A DNA stretch of 63,722 nucleotides, the filler included, from Aduncisulcus paluster (taxonomy: Eukaryota): NCBI GenBank assembly GCA_024181965.1. It is 7 parts of 7 records of this genome, joined end to end, with 100 filler letters (N's around TTAATTAATTAA, not from the genome) between each part and the next. Parts side by side here need not be neighbours in the genome. Positions count along the whole stretch, not along the records: positions 1 to 20,016 come from BQXS01010991.1; 6 more parts are not named here. One strand, written 5' to 3'. The notes under the pieces are model-generated. The model had not been told where the DNA came from, did not search any database, and saw nothing but the letters and a program-made list of their open reading frames with translations. The translations under genes were made by a program, and so were the position numbers. Positions 1-12,251 of this stretch are shown here, one piece after another (the stretch's first letter is position 1; the number at the start of each line of letters is the position of its first letter).

Positions 1-1080
1 ATTGTGAAGTTTCTGACGCAAATCACTCTTTATCACTCCAATAAGAGTTTTGACTATTTCAGAAGTTGACTTCTTGCTCAAATTCCTGAAGATGGGCATT
101 TGAACGAAAGGATCACAGTCCTCGAAGAGAGCAAAAAAAGTCAGACCGAGAGAGTAAGCATCACTCGCTTGACTATGAAATCCTTGGAGGGCCTCACAAG
201 AGTTGTAGAAGATGGTTCCACAGAGATGGCGTTTCTCCTTGAGAGATGCGGATTTCTCTGCTGAGTCTTTTCCCTCTGTGGAATCTGTTTCATGATTTTT
301 GTGTTCCTTCGTGGAATGTGAAGAGGAAGATTCTCGTAAGTTTGAGGATGAAGAACCAATATAACTTCTGGAAGATGTGGAAGAGGAGATGGAGTCTCGG
401 ATTTTGGAAAGACCGAGATCAGAGAGAACAATCGTGCATTCTCCATCTTTGGGATCAACACGAACGAGGAAGTTGTCAGGTTTGATGTCTCGATGAACAA
501 GGCTTGGTTTGGCTTTGAACACCTCGGAAAGGCACTCGATCATTCCAACACACAATGCACTCACTCTCAGAGGATCAAGGGTCATGGGTTCAAGGACAGT
601 GTCAAGCTTCTCTTCAGAATAAGATATATTTTCTCCAAGGGATTCATCTCCTTGTATAGATTCCAAAGAAACTGAACAAGAACTAGCACAAGACTTCTGT
701 TCAATACACCAACGCCGAGAAAACTGTCTCACATTACCTCCAATACAAAATTCCATGCAAAACCCATATACTCCTTCGTAGTGTTCATCGAGAAGATTAA
801 GGATGCAGATAGGACGAGGGATACGGGTGACACATTTTTTTGAAAGATCCAAAAGCATGTTAAACTCCGAATGACATGATTCGATAACCATTGGATCACC
901 AACTTTTAGCAATTTCTTTAGAGCACATGGCTGTGGAACACCGTCGATTTTTACAAGGTTTACCTCTCCAAATCCACCTTTACCAAGAAGACACAACGAT
1001 TGAAATCGAAAAGGATTTGATAAGATTCTTGGATTGTCTCTTTTTCGTTGGGAACTCACGAGTTTTGATACAGATTCCAT
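1..1080 (-). CDS. Ser/Thr protein kinase, 3'-partial (runs off window start)
   Basis: Manual translation of the minus strand from ATG at 1080 is open to base 1. Motifs: LGKGGFGEV, CALKK, MEFCIGG, VHRDIKPDNFLV, LSDLGLSK, CGTIFYNSCEAL, SDAYSLGLTF. It is absent from the ORF track because there is no stop in the window. Confidence 0.93.
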   Translation of the reverse strand, partial: MESVSKLVSSQRKRDNPRILSNPFRFQSLCLLGKGGFGEVNLVKIDGVPQPCALKKLLKVGDPMVIESCHSEFNMLLDLSKKCVTRIPRPICILNLLDEHYEGVYGFCMEFCIGGNVRQFSRRWCIEQKSCASSCSVSLESIQGDESLGENISYSEEKLDTVLEPMTLDPLRVSALCVGMIECLSEVFKAKPSLVHRDIKPDNFLVRVDPKDGECTIVLSDLGLSKIRDSISSSTSSRSYIGSSSSNLRESSSSHSTKEHKNHETDSTEGKDSAEKSASLKEKRHLCGTIFYNSCEALQGFHSQASDAYSLGLTFFALFEDCDPFVQMPIFRNLSKKSTSEIVKTLIGVIKSDLRQKLHN

Positions 1081-1563
1081 GCTTCTGCGGATTAATTCTA
1101 CGCCTCGAAATTATTAATTTTGACAAAATAAAAAGAGTATTTTGCCCTAATCTTGATTTCTTATGCAAGAAAAAACTGACATCAGAGTAAAATAACAACA
1201 AAACAAAGAAATCTAAATAATTATGCAAATAATAATTCAGAAAATAATTATAAAACAACTATTAATTGTATTTCTTTGCATTTTCTTTTATTTTTCTTAT
1301 TATATCTTTGACTAGTTTCATTTTGCTGTTTTGTGTGCAATAACATCAATTATTTATTCATTGAGTTTCTTACCTACTAACAAAATGAAACGTTGAATAA
1401 TTTTCTTTGCATTTTATTGCAAATTTTATGTTCTTTTAATATTTTGGAAACTTCTGAACAAATCCCGGGCTTTACCATCATTTTGGACCTTATAAACTTC
1501 AATTTAATAATTTAATACCTATTGTTTTACTTAATACTCACTATATTTTTGCTAAAACATTAC

Positions 1564-4500
1564 CTAATATGAGAATTGGAACAAACTGCGATATTCTTCA
1601 GGAATTTCTCGTTTGATCTCTGCCATCTCCTTTGTTTTTGGGAGAGAAATCCACCTTTCTATGTGCGGGAATCGTTCAACCAAAGAAATAAAAGCCCCAA
1701 TAAGTGTCATCAGATCTTTCTTTGTAACTGGAATCAAGTTTGAAGTCGAGAATGCTAAACCATGACAGAATTTGAAAGCATCACGGGACATAGCTTCGAT
1801 AATAATCTTCAAGAACATATTTTCTTCATCATTTTTTCTTCCTTCAATAACATCTCGACATGAAAGGGTCTCGAGATGTGTCATCTTTACAAAAGCTTGG
1901 ATCAAAAGTTCTCGATATTTCAAGTCAAATTTAGTCAAACAACTCTGAATAATCCCATTAATATCGTACAAGTACAATGTTTTGATTGAATGGGCAAGAG
2001 CATCCAAGAGAGAAATGAAACATGAGAATCCAGAATCTGTTGTTGGATCTGAAATAACATCAAGACATTTCCCAAGAGACAAATCACGAATAGATACATC
2101 GGGACGAGACACAAATTTAACAAGACTTTCAAGAGAAGTCAGACCCAGAGGTAAAGAATCGAGTTGTAATATTTCAACACTGGATGGTAATGAACTTATA
2201 AATATACTCAAACCAGTGTCCACCTGAAGAGAAATATTGGAAGCAGAGTCGTCAGAAGAAGCAGAGACATCAGTGTCTTTCTTAAATCCCTTTATCGAAA
2301 CACTTGGGAAACATACTTCTTTGAGGGAACTACACTCAGAAAGAGCAGTCAAAATATAACAAAATACTTTGAAATCTTCAATATCATCAAAACTACAAGC
2401 AATTGATGAGAAGAATGGTTCAAAGACAAACTCACTGAGTTCGCTGCAATTCTTAATAGAATCCCGAATCTTTTCGACACTTGCATTTGGCAAATGTGAT
2501 AGACTGCCGGCTTTAAATGTCCAATCTCCAAGGCGAATCCATTTAAAACCAGGGTGTGAAAAAAGAGCACAAAAAAATTGGACAACAGAGAAAGAAGAAA
2601 TATCTCCCGAATCCTTCATACTTCCAGTTGATTCCTTGCCGAAGAAATCTTTTGGAATTGACTCAAATACAATATTATGGGAAATAATGGACTCCAAAGA
2701 TCCACATTGTCTCATAAATTCAACTTTACGAATTGCTTCTTTCTCAAACCTTCTAAAATTAGACTCCTTACCCACGCCCGCATGCAGAATTGAATCATCA
2801 TCCAAAGAAACACACCGTACATGGAATCCGCACAAGGTCAATTCTTTGAGACTGGTAACACTTCTTCCAAAAAGCTCAGATAAAAACCATTCATAACGCA
2901 ATAATCTTTCATTACTAAAAACATTCATATTATTCTGAGTTTTGACCTCAATATCTTCTCTCTCTCCTTCAATTTCTTTTTCTCCTTCATCTTTCTCACT
3001 TTCTATATATAGATGTGAAGGAACAATAGGATCAAAACATAAAGATGTGATTTTCTTCTCCCACATCAAAGCAGAACCAACAATATGTTCATGAAGTGAT
3101 AAAGAACGTATTTGGTCAATTCTGCCCAAAACAATTGGAAAGAAAGAGCCTTCCTTGGCCACAAATGGCATAAGAATAGGAAATAATAGTTGACAATTCA
3201 TATAACAAGGAATCCACGACAAATCCGTTATTGCAGACCACCCAGAAGTAGCTACGGTTTGGGAGAATCCATCATCAATCTCGTCTTTATATGGGTATAA
3301 ATTATTCACAAATTCAGTGCATAGATCTTCATTAAAGAAAGACGGATACATGGCACAAGGATCAAACATTCGAAAATCCGATGCTTTCAAATCACGAGCG
3401 GTATACACATCGTTGAGCCAGCAATCAAATCTATCTTCAACGCTTGAATATAACCCATGGAGATAATCCAATGTTTTAATAATATTACATACTTCATATC
3501 CATGTTCACTCATCCATGAAACGCCCGGCATTTTCACACGATGATGCTGAGATCTGACCATCCTTTCGAGCTTTGCAATTGTTGATGTTGAAGATGATGT
3601 CATTAATTTATCTTCATCTCCTTTCTCTTTCTCTTCCTCTTTCGCTTCCTCTTTCTCTTTTTCTTTCGCTTCCTCGAGAAGTGTTTTAAACGCTGGAATG
3701 AATGCGGAATCATAAGTAAGCCACAAATCCAGTAATTGAGATGGCGTCATGACATTTGAATATGAAGTAAAAGAACCAATTTTTCTGGCAATATCAAAAG
3801 GAAGACTCGCTTGGAAGTCTTTTATGGGGAAACTAATATATCCTTTTTTTCTACTAATCAGAGAATCGATTCTTTGGACATCTTTAACGGAAGTGGAGAG
3901 TTTCAGACGCTGTAAATTGATCGACTTCCGCCTAATAGCTTCATTAGAGGCTACATCAAGGAAATTGAAATAACTGATACTTTTAGTCCATATTAATATG
4001 GAATAAATGGCTTCATAGATATGTGGATCAATCAGAGGTGAAACATCGATGAAAAAATGATTTGTCTTGACTCCATACTTGTAGTAAATATTATTAGAGC
4101 AGGAAGAATGTGAGAAACCGATAAAGGACTTACAAGACGCTTCACCAACACAAAGCCCGGCAAAATGGAATAAGCACAAGTAAATAGGACATCTGAGTAA
4201 CTTGTCATCATCTCCACAATATATATTTAGATTATCTGTGAGAATTTCCCGAGGATTATACTGATTCGGATCTGAGATCATCAAATGACAAGAACGTTTC
4301 ACGGGTTCTTTCTTGAGTTCTTTCTCGTGGTCCTCTTTCTCTCCTGTATCAAATTGTTTTTTTCTACTTTGTTTTACGCCACTTTTCTGACCTTTCCCCC
4401 TTGTTTTCTTTTTATCCTTTTTGCTTTTGGGAATACTCATGATATCGGCTCTACGAACAAATACTTTATCTTTTTGGACAGAATATACAATGAGAGCAGA

Positions 4501-5082
4501 TTTAACACATCTTAAATACTCGATAAAGGTCAATAAAGGGTGAGAAAGTAGAGAATCATCGGAAGGAAGATCAAGAACAGAATAACCATGAATAGGAATA
4601 CCAAAGGCTTTGTTTGAAGATGTAAATTCAAATATTGTTTCATCTTTATCACGAATACTTTGGTATCTGCGTTGACAAAGAAGAATTACTATCTCAATAA
4701 TATCGCAGAGAGGAGGAGCATAAAGAGGACTTGGGAAGGGACATAATCTCCGCCCATTATAGTCAAAGCCTGAACACGCCGGGAAACATGCGTTTTTATC
4801 ATCAAGAGACTCTGGGATCAAGACACGAGAAATGTTTTTGGCGAAATGAGGGGTTAAAAGAATAGGAATGAGATTCTCAGAAACATTTTTTTCTGAAAAG
4901 GCAATTTTCCTTAAATCTAAAGTAGGACTGTGAAAAAGTTGCTCATGAAAGGCGGAATAAGCTTTAAGATTATCAGAATATAATGAGATAACTAATTCAT
5001 CAAAATTATTCATGACAATGAAACAAAAATCGTATATTTTTTCTAATAGCCGAAGAAAATATTGAACAAGATTGCCAATCAT
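1564..5082 (-). CDS. Large hypothetical protein with probable RNI-like leucine-rich repeats in the C-terminal half
   Basis: 1172-aa uninterrupted ORF. LxxLxL-type segments: SLKELTLCG, SVEILQLDSL, SIRDLSLGKC, SIKTLYLYD, HLETLSCRD. The true start may be the Met of MNNFDEL near 5013. Confidence 0.6.
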   Translation of the reverse strand: MIGNLVQYFLRLLEKIYDFCFIVMNNFDELVISLYSDNLKAYSAFHEQLFHSPTLDLRKIAFSEKNVSENLIPILLTPHFAKNISRVLIPESLDDKNACFPACSGFDYNGRRLCPFPSPLYAPPLCDIIEIVILLCQRRYQSIRDKDETIFEFTSSNKAFGIPIHGYSVLDLPSDDSLLSHPLLTFIEYLRCVKSALIVYSVQKDKVFVRRADIMSIPKSKKDKKKTRGKGQKSGVKQSRKKQFDTGEKEDHEKELKKEPVKRSCHLMISDPNQYNPREILTDNLNIYCGDDDKLLRCPIYLCLFHFAGLCVGEASCKSFIGFSHSSCSNNIYYKYGVKTNHFFIDVSPLIDPHIYEAIYSILIWTKSISYFNFLDVASNEAIRRKSINLQRLKLSTSVKDVQRIDSLISRKKGYISFPIKDFQASLPFDIARKIGSFTSYSNVMTPSQLLDLWLTYDSAFIPAFKTLLEEAKEKEKEEAKEEEKEKGDEDKLMTSSSTSTIAKLERMVRSQHHRVKMPGVSWMSEHGYEVCNIIKTLDYLHGLYSSVEDRFDCWLNDVYTARDLKASDFRMFDPCAMYPSFFNEDLCTEFVNNLYPYKDEIDDGFSQTVATSGWSAITDLSWIPCYMNCQLLFPILMPFVAKEGSFFPIVLGRIDQIRSLSLHEHIVGSALMWEKKITSLCFDPIVPSHLYIESEKDEGEKEIEGEREDIEVKTQNNMNVFSNERLLRYEWFLSELFGRSVTSLKELTLCGFHVRCVSLDDDSILHAGVGKESNFRRFEKEAIRKVEFMRQCGSLESIISHNIVFESIPKDFFGKESTGSMKDSGDISSFSVVQFFCALFSHPGFKWIRLGDWTFKAGSLSHLPNASVEKIRDSIKNCSELSEFVFEPFFSSIACSFDDIEDFKVFCYILTALSECSSLKEVCFPSVSIKGFKKDTDVSASSDDSASNISLQVDTGLSIFISSLPSSVEILQLDSLPLGLTSLESLVKFVSRPDVSIRDLSLGKCLDVISDPTTDSGFSCFISLLDALAHSIKTLYLYDINGIIQSCLTKFDLKYRELLIQAFVKMTHLETLSCRDVIEGRKNDEENMFLKIIIEAMSRDAFKFCHGLAFSTSNLIPVTKKDLMTLIGAFISLVERFPHIERWISLPKTKEMAEIKREIPEEYRSLFQFSY

Positions 5083-5681
5083 AGGTTTCTGTTAAAATCT
5101 TGTTCAAGCTTAAAATCAACGGAAAATGGAGAATTAATGAGAAGAATATATGACATATTCTTTGAGATTATATTTCCCATTTTCTCGGAAAATTATTTCA
5201 TTCCATTTCGGAATTACAAAAAAATTGTCCCAGAGCAAGAACAGAGAAAAAAATGAACATAATAAGTTTCTTTCTTCCCAACGCTAAATGGTATAGATAT
5301 GTAGATAACAGATAAATTAGAAGATAAAGGGATATTTTTCGAAAATCTTTAAATTCGTGTTTTTGGATGCATCTGTAAGAGTTAGGATACATATGTACGT
5401 GCAAATTTCTTTTTATTCCTATGGAAAATGTTTGAGCAAATTAATATGATGTTTATATTTTGTATCGTTCGATTGATTTTTTTTTTTCATTTCAACCATG
5501 AAATTTAATGTAACAACAAATCAACATTATTTCTTTTTTACAATTACTATATATAATGCATTATTTTGATTTTCTAAGACTATTTCAGTCTTTATTCCCA
5601 TAGTTGCATTGTTTTTTTTTTTTTTTTTTTCATCTTTCATTCAATTTGTGAAGAAATCCAATACGCGATCCATAATTCAAA

Positions 5682-8600
5682 ATGATATTGTCCAAAATTG
5701 AAGCTCCAAGCTCCAATATCTTTGGAATAGCTGAAGAACTACTCCAATTGAGTTTTCAGTCATCACCAGGTGATTCTCAAGAGCCAATTCAACAAAACCA
5801 ATCCAAAAAAATCAAAACCAATCAAGATAAAAAAGGAAAGAAACCTCGAGGGAGAGGAAAACAATCTATAAAAGAAATGGATGGAAAGAAAAGTATTTTT
5901 GATTCTTCTGATGGTGTTTTGTTTGAGGATGAGCTTATTTCACTCCCATATTTCGATGAAACAGATCATTATATCACATTGGATGATACTTATGAGGTTA
6001 CAGACGAAGTATTAAGTGCTAATGCTACGATTCATAATGCATATCTTTCTTCCTCTTCCTCTTCCTCTTCCTTTTGTTCTTCCTCTGATTCCAGTCCGCC
6101 TTCTTTGTTTTCTTTTCTATCCTGGGACAAAGATTGGACGGATATTATTTCCATCCCAATCAGAATAGAGTGCAACAAAAAGGAAAGTATCCGAGAATCG
6201 CGAAAGAAACCACAAATGTGCACTAAAGGTACAAATAATTCAACATTTGAAGTTGCCAATTCGTATATAAAATTGAGAGGATATTATAAAGATACGAGTT
6301 ATATTTTACGATCGATTTTATACTCAAAAACTCAAACTTTTTCTGACCCTCTAAAGTTTACGCATCTTATTCTTCCATTTTCTGTTACATTCCATGATAT
6401 TTCCGGTATTTATTTGTGTCTTAATGTGACCAGTCCGACATATCGAATGTTTGTGCAAAATGAAGGAAAGAAAGAAGAGAGAGAAGAAGAGAGGAAATAT
6501 TTCAAAATATCGATTCATTTATTTTCAAACCATCAAAGAAGAAGAAGAAGAGGAGGAGGAGAAGGAAAAAGAAGAGATAAAAACATTTGAGATTACTATT
6601 ACAAAATATATTGAGTTTCCAATATCAACTATCAACCATCTCTCCTCTTCTTCTCCCTTCTTCTTCTCCTTCTTCTTCTTCTCCTTCAAAAGACTTTTCT
6701 ATATCCAAACGAAGAAAACTGAAAAAAATGAAATCTCCAGCACATGTATCACCCACTGCTATAAATAGATACAAATCTATAAATAGATACAAACATTCTC
6801 ACCAATTATTTGAATGGGTTTATTTACCAATATGTCTTGATTCCAAAGAGAAGTCTATGCTTGCTCAGGAAGGATATTCGATTGATAAGCTTTCAATCGA
6901 GAGCTATTATATTAACTCTGATCTTTCTTCCTCTTCTTCCTTCTTCTTCTTCTTCTTCTTCTTCTTCTTCTTCTTCTTCTTCTTCTTCTTTCTCTTCATT
7001 ACAAATGAAGAGAGAAGAGAAGGAAGGAAAAGGAAAGAAAGAAAAGGAAAAAAGAGATGACAACTTTTCTTGTTTTATTAAGGATATTAAAGATCCTAAA
7101 CCATTAATCGTATCTATTTATGGATTTAATTTGATTACATCTCCCCTTTCCTCTTCCTCTTCCTCTTCCTCTTCATCTAAAAATCTTAATAATACCAATG
7201 ATAATATTTTAAATGATAATATTTTAAATGATTGGATTGAAGATCAACGTTTGTTTTCAAAAAGGAAGAAGGAGAGAGGAAGAGATGAATCAGAAGAGGC
7301 TCTCACAAAACAATCAAAGCAAAAGGAAGGAATGCAAGAAGAAATGCAAGAGATTGAGAATGAAATTGTTTTGTCACAGCCTTCGAAATATCATAAGTCT
7401 GAAGCTGAATGTCCACTAAAATCTTCTATTAAACAACAAATCAAAGCAATATTTGTGACGAAAGCTACACAAACTTCTGGCATACCAAACAAAAAGGATT
7501 CAAAATATACTTTACATACTTACCATAATTATTGTTATTTTGATGTCAAATATTATCCAATGGACTTATTTTCCAGTTTCCTTTCTAGAAAGAAATCCCA
7601 TCCCTCTTCCTCTTCCTCTTCCTCTTCTTCTTCCTCTTCCTCTTCTTCTTCTTCTTCTTCTCTTTCAATAGTATCTCTACAAAGTGATTCCATTTTTTGT
7701 ATTGATGGTGCTCTCGAAATACCCTCTTCCAAGGTTATATCAATGTTTTCAAGGCAAGTAGGAATACGAATGTCAAAGTTATCAATGATATTCTCGCGTC
7801 CTGTGTATTGTCAAAGATTTCAAGGAATATTTGTATGTGTAGGTCATCTCACAGGCCCCAAGAAACTCTTAATTACTTATAAATGTCGCCATCAATGTGT
7901 TTCTTCTCGTGTTTCTTCTCCTCGTTCTTCTTCTTCTTGCACTGATTCTGATTCTAAATTTAGAACTTCACTTATAGAACAACCAATAATACCTCAAGAT
8001 AATAATAATACCATGGGATCAGAATCTGAAGGAATATTTCTATCTTCTCCATCTACTTCATTCAAATTATCCACGAAACAACCAGAAAAAGATGAGATTG
8101 GTGTAAAAATGATTGATAAATGTGAATATAAATATCGATATTATTTTAAAAAATGTGAATATGAATTTATTCAGCCCTCAGAATCCTTTGAATGGCATTT
8201 CTTACCATTTCCTGAAGGATTTTCTGATGATTCGCCTAGTGGTGATCCTGAATTATATCCAAATAAGCTGAACAAGCCTGAAAATGAAATTATTTCGTGT
8301 GAAATTGAAGGAAACGAAAGATGGCAAGGCATTTGCAACATGATGGTTTATGGACTTTTATTTATTCAAAAACATACAGAAAGAGAAGACGATAAACAAA
8401 TTTTGGTGGTGTCAAAAGAAATTCCAAAAGAAGAAGAAAAGAAAACCNNNNNNNNNNNNNNNNNNNNAACAAGCCTGAAAATGAAATTATTTCGTGTGAA
8501 ATTGAAGGAAACGAAAGATGGCAAGGCATTTGCAACATGATGGTTTATGGACTTTTATTTATTCAAAAACATACAGAAAGAGAAGACGATAAACAAATTT

Positions 8601-11600
8601 TGGTGGTGTCAAAAGAAATTCCAAAAGAAGAAGAAAAGAAAACCTCAAAAAGTGAAGAAAAATGTTGTGAAATTGGAAAGACACAAAATGTCACTCAAGA
8701 AAAAGAGAAAGAAACATATGCAACAAGTATTGATGATTCTAGTTCTAATTTTAGTTCTTGTCATAATAACTCCAACACTGATGATTCTATTTTTAGAAGA
8801 TTGGTCGATGAAGAAATTCCCTCCTCTTCCTCTTCCTCTTCCTCTTCTTGTTGCTCTTCTTGTTGCTCTGATCAATCACATTCAGAGGTTCCAATATGGT
8901 TACAAAGAGTTGTATGTTTCCATGCTGCGAAAAACAGAACTCATATCCTTTCTCAATTTAGTGAATTAATTAAAGAGAAAGGAAAAGATGATTTTTCTGT
9001 TGTTTGTAAATCCCTTTCATGTCAATTTACTGATATATTACAGCCCAAAACTATATCTTCAGTAATTCATCATAATGGATTGTTTAAATTTGATGTTTCT
9101 CATCCTCAATCTAAAAATAGAAATTCACCACCTCTGAGCGAGACTCACAAAGAAAAATGCGATATTCGTTTTGAGAAAGAGGAGAACTCGTTGACAAAAT
9201 ATAGTCTAAAACAACCCGTCCATCATCAAATTGGTTCAAAGATCAGATTCTCTTCGTCTTCTTCTTCTTCTTCTTCTTCTTATTCTTCTTCTTTCGGCGT
9301 TCTTCAAGGAAATGATGAAATATTTGGAGCTTTAGAACCAATAGCTAAAGATAACAAGACCGAAGATCCTCCAGGTTTTGCAGAAACCCAAAGTCATTCG
9401 AGAAATGACTTTTATTCTGAAGATCTCCATGATAGATTAAGAAAGAGAGACAGAAGAATGTGTGGAACATATTTATCACATGCATTGAACTATGAAAATG
9501 GCAAGAAAGCAGAAGGAGAAGAGTCAAAACATAAGGATGTCACCTCCTCTTCCTCTTCTTCCTCTTCCTCTTCCTCTTCCTCTTCTTCTGCTTCAATTGG
9601 TCATTCGAGAAATGACTTTTATTCTGAAGATCTCCACATCAAATTGGTTCAAAGATCAGATTCTCTTCGTCTTCTTCTTCTTCTTCTTCTTCTTCTTATT
9701 CTTCTTCTTTCGGCGTTCTTCAAGGAAATGATGAAATATTTGGAGCTTTAGAACCAATAGCTAAAGATAACAAGACCGAAGATCCTCCAGGTTTTGCAGA
9801 AACCCAAAGTCATTCGAGAAATGACTTTTATTCTGAAGATCTCCATGATAGATTAAGAAAGAGAGACAGAAGAATGTGTGGAACATATTTATCACATGCA
9901 TTGAACTATGAAAATGGCAAGAAAGTCAAAATAGATTCCTTCGTCTTCTTCTTCTTCTTCTTCTTCTTCTTATTCTTCTTCTTTCGGCGTTCTTCAAGGA
10001 AATGATGAAATATTTGGAGCTTTAGAACCAATAGCTAAAGATAACAAGACCGAAGATCCTCCAGGTTTTGCAGAAACCCAAAGTCATTCGAGAAATGACT
10101 TTTATTCTGAAGATCTCCATGATAGATTAAGAAAGAGAGACAGAAGAATGTGTGGAACATATTTATCACATGCATTGAACTATGAAAATGGCAAGAAAGC
10201 AGAAGGAGAAGAGTCAAAACATAAGGATGTCACCTCCTCTTCCTCTTCTTCCTCTTCCTCTTCCTCTTCCTCTTCTTCTGCTTCAATTGGTCACACTCAC
10301 ATTCTGGCTTGGTATGTAAAACATGGCTCTCTTGATATTGATATGACATCTGAAGCAGTTGATTCCCGATCTCTTGTTCTTCCTCTCTACGATCGTCAAT
10401 GTATAAATTGGTGTATAGATCCAGAAAAAACACTGTCTCCTTTAGTTAGCTTAACGAAAGGAAACACTGCAGTCACATTTAGTGCAGGTAAAGGTGGATT
10501 GGTATTTTATTTCACCTCTCCTTTCTTCTTGAAAAAGAAGGAAGAGATGGAAGAGATGGAAGAGAAGAGAGAAGGAGAAAAGAAAAAGAAGAGGATGAAG
10601 AAGAAGAAGAAGAAAAAGAAGAAGGAAGATGATCCAAAGAATGATGGGAATTTGATTTGCAATGGTATATATATTTGTATTTCTCGATACACTGCTTCTC
10701 AACGGTTGAATATAACTTTTGGATACAATAATATTGTTTCATCTTCAGAATCAGATGATTCATTTGATGTTCAGAAAAAAAATGAAGTATATCAATATTA
10801 CACGAAGGAAACCTACACATGTTCATTCGAAAGGGAGAGGAAGATCCGCAATCCAGGTTCTTCTCCTTCTCCTTCTCCTTCTCAGAGTTCTATAAATAGA
10901 TCAATGTCTGATAGTGATGAAATTAAAGAGGAAAAGAAGGACAACAAGAATAAGGATGGAGGAGAATTCGATTGGTATTATATACCAATTCCATTTCAAC
11001 AATGTAGAGAAAGAAAGAAAGAAAAGATAATGTTTGAAGGACAAGAAAAAGAAGAAAAGAATCTCTCTTTTTATGGAGAAGATTCTTTAGTCGATTCCAT
11101 GGAAAAAAAGATATTGAAGTTTTGTTTTATATCTTCGAATTCTAAAAATAGCAATCGGACTATTGAGAATGAGAAACTAGGTGAAAATAGCGTTTCTACT
11201 CGTGATAAAATTTTAGATTTAGAAGGGAAAAAAGAAACAGAAGATGATTATTCAACAACAATTCCACAAAAGATGTTCATTGCTGATATAAGATTTTGTC
11301 AAAAAGAAGAGGAAAAGAAAGAAAAACAAGATAAACTCATGAAGAAAAGTGAAGAAGTGAAAGAGAAAGAAGAAGTGAAAGAGAAAGAAGAAGTGAAAGA
11401 GAAAGAAGAAGTGAAAGAGAAAGAAAAAGCAAGAGAGGAACAGATACAAATGGATATTGAAGACGCTTGCTCAGAGAAATCTATACCAATTGATTCATCG
11501 ATTGAAGGGTTAAAACAACAGATAAAAGGACTAAAAATAGAATATGAGCAAAAATTGGAATGTCAAAAACAATATTTTATAAAGGAAATTACAGAGCTTC

Positions 11601-11782
11601 GAAATGAAATAATTTGCCTTAAATCACAACAAAAAGAAGAAAAGAAGACGAAAGATTTCAAATATGTCGAACTTGTACAACAATTTTGTGAACAGAAATC
11701 AATAATTGTAAAACAACAACAAATGCTAGATAAACAAAGAGAAGACGTTCAGAAGTTGTATTCATTATTCGTCGGAAAATAA
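5682..11782 (+). CDS. Lineage-specific repeat-domain protein with poly-Ser/Glu insertions and a C-terminal coiled coil; fragmented by frameshifts and assembly duplications
   Basis: ORFs starting at 5682, 6451, 6587, 6810, 8537 and 10148 join into one plausible protein. A domain of the form GI[YF][LVI]C...F[ED]WxxLP recurs three times. The breaks coincide with microsatellites, a gap overlap and local duplications. Confidence 0.6.
8271..8644. repeat. Unmerged contig overlap around a 20-N gap (assembly artefact)
   Basis: 8271-8447 is repeated identically at 8468-8644 across the N gap at 8448-8467. Confidence 0.9.
9224..10293. repeat. Three near-identical direct copies of a ~300-bp coding segment, probably a misassembly
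   Basis: The segment encoding GVLQGNDEIFGALEP...NYENGKK occurs near 9250, 9660 and 9940. The antisense ORFs 9345-9527 and 10035-10217 are identical. The copies are bounded by (CTT)n tracts. Confidence 0.8.
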
Positions 11783-12006
11783 GAATATATGCCACACTAT
11801 AGTCGTGATTTAACTATATAAAGTATAATAATAAAATATTTCGGGCTTGAGGCTCCACTGTGAGTAAGTAGTGAAAATAATAAATGTTCTAATTTCTTGA
11901 AAATAATATCGATTTAACGATGGATCGTGAATAAAATGATTTAATTGACACTTAAATTCCCAAAATACACAAGAATTTAACATCAATAACGAAAAAATTA
12001 AAAATG

Positions 12007-12078
12007 GGGGAGTGCCGGGATTTGAACCCGGGACCTCCTGCACCCAAAGCAGGAATCATACCCCTAGACCACACTCCC
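12007..12078 (-). tRNA. tRNA-Pro (anticodon TGG)
   Basis: GGGAGTG/CACTCCC acceptor stem, TGGTCTAGGGGTATGA D-arm, CCTGC-TTTGGGT-GCAGG anticodon arm, CCGGG-TTCAAAT-CCCGG T-arm, followed by a T5 Pol III terminator. Confidence 0.97.
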
Positions 12079-12251
12079 ATAAAAATTAAATTTTGAATAT
12101 TTTTATTTAAAAAGAGCAATTCAAAAACACTAATCCTCTTCACCTTTCAACATCATATTATTTCAATATTCATTGAAATGCAACATTACCTTCATTCTAA
12201 ATCCATGATTTATTTTTGAGTCATGAGATTTTTGTCTGAACAAGTTTTAGC

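Noticed and set aside
12005-12007. Possible genomically encoded CCA on tRNA-Pro
   Set aside because: Only C-C-A follows the acceptor stem. The first C is the discriminator base, so a full NCCA end is not encoded.
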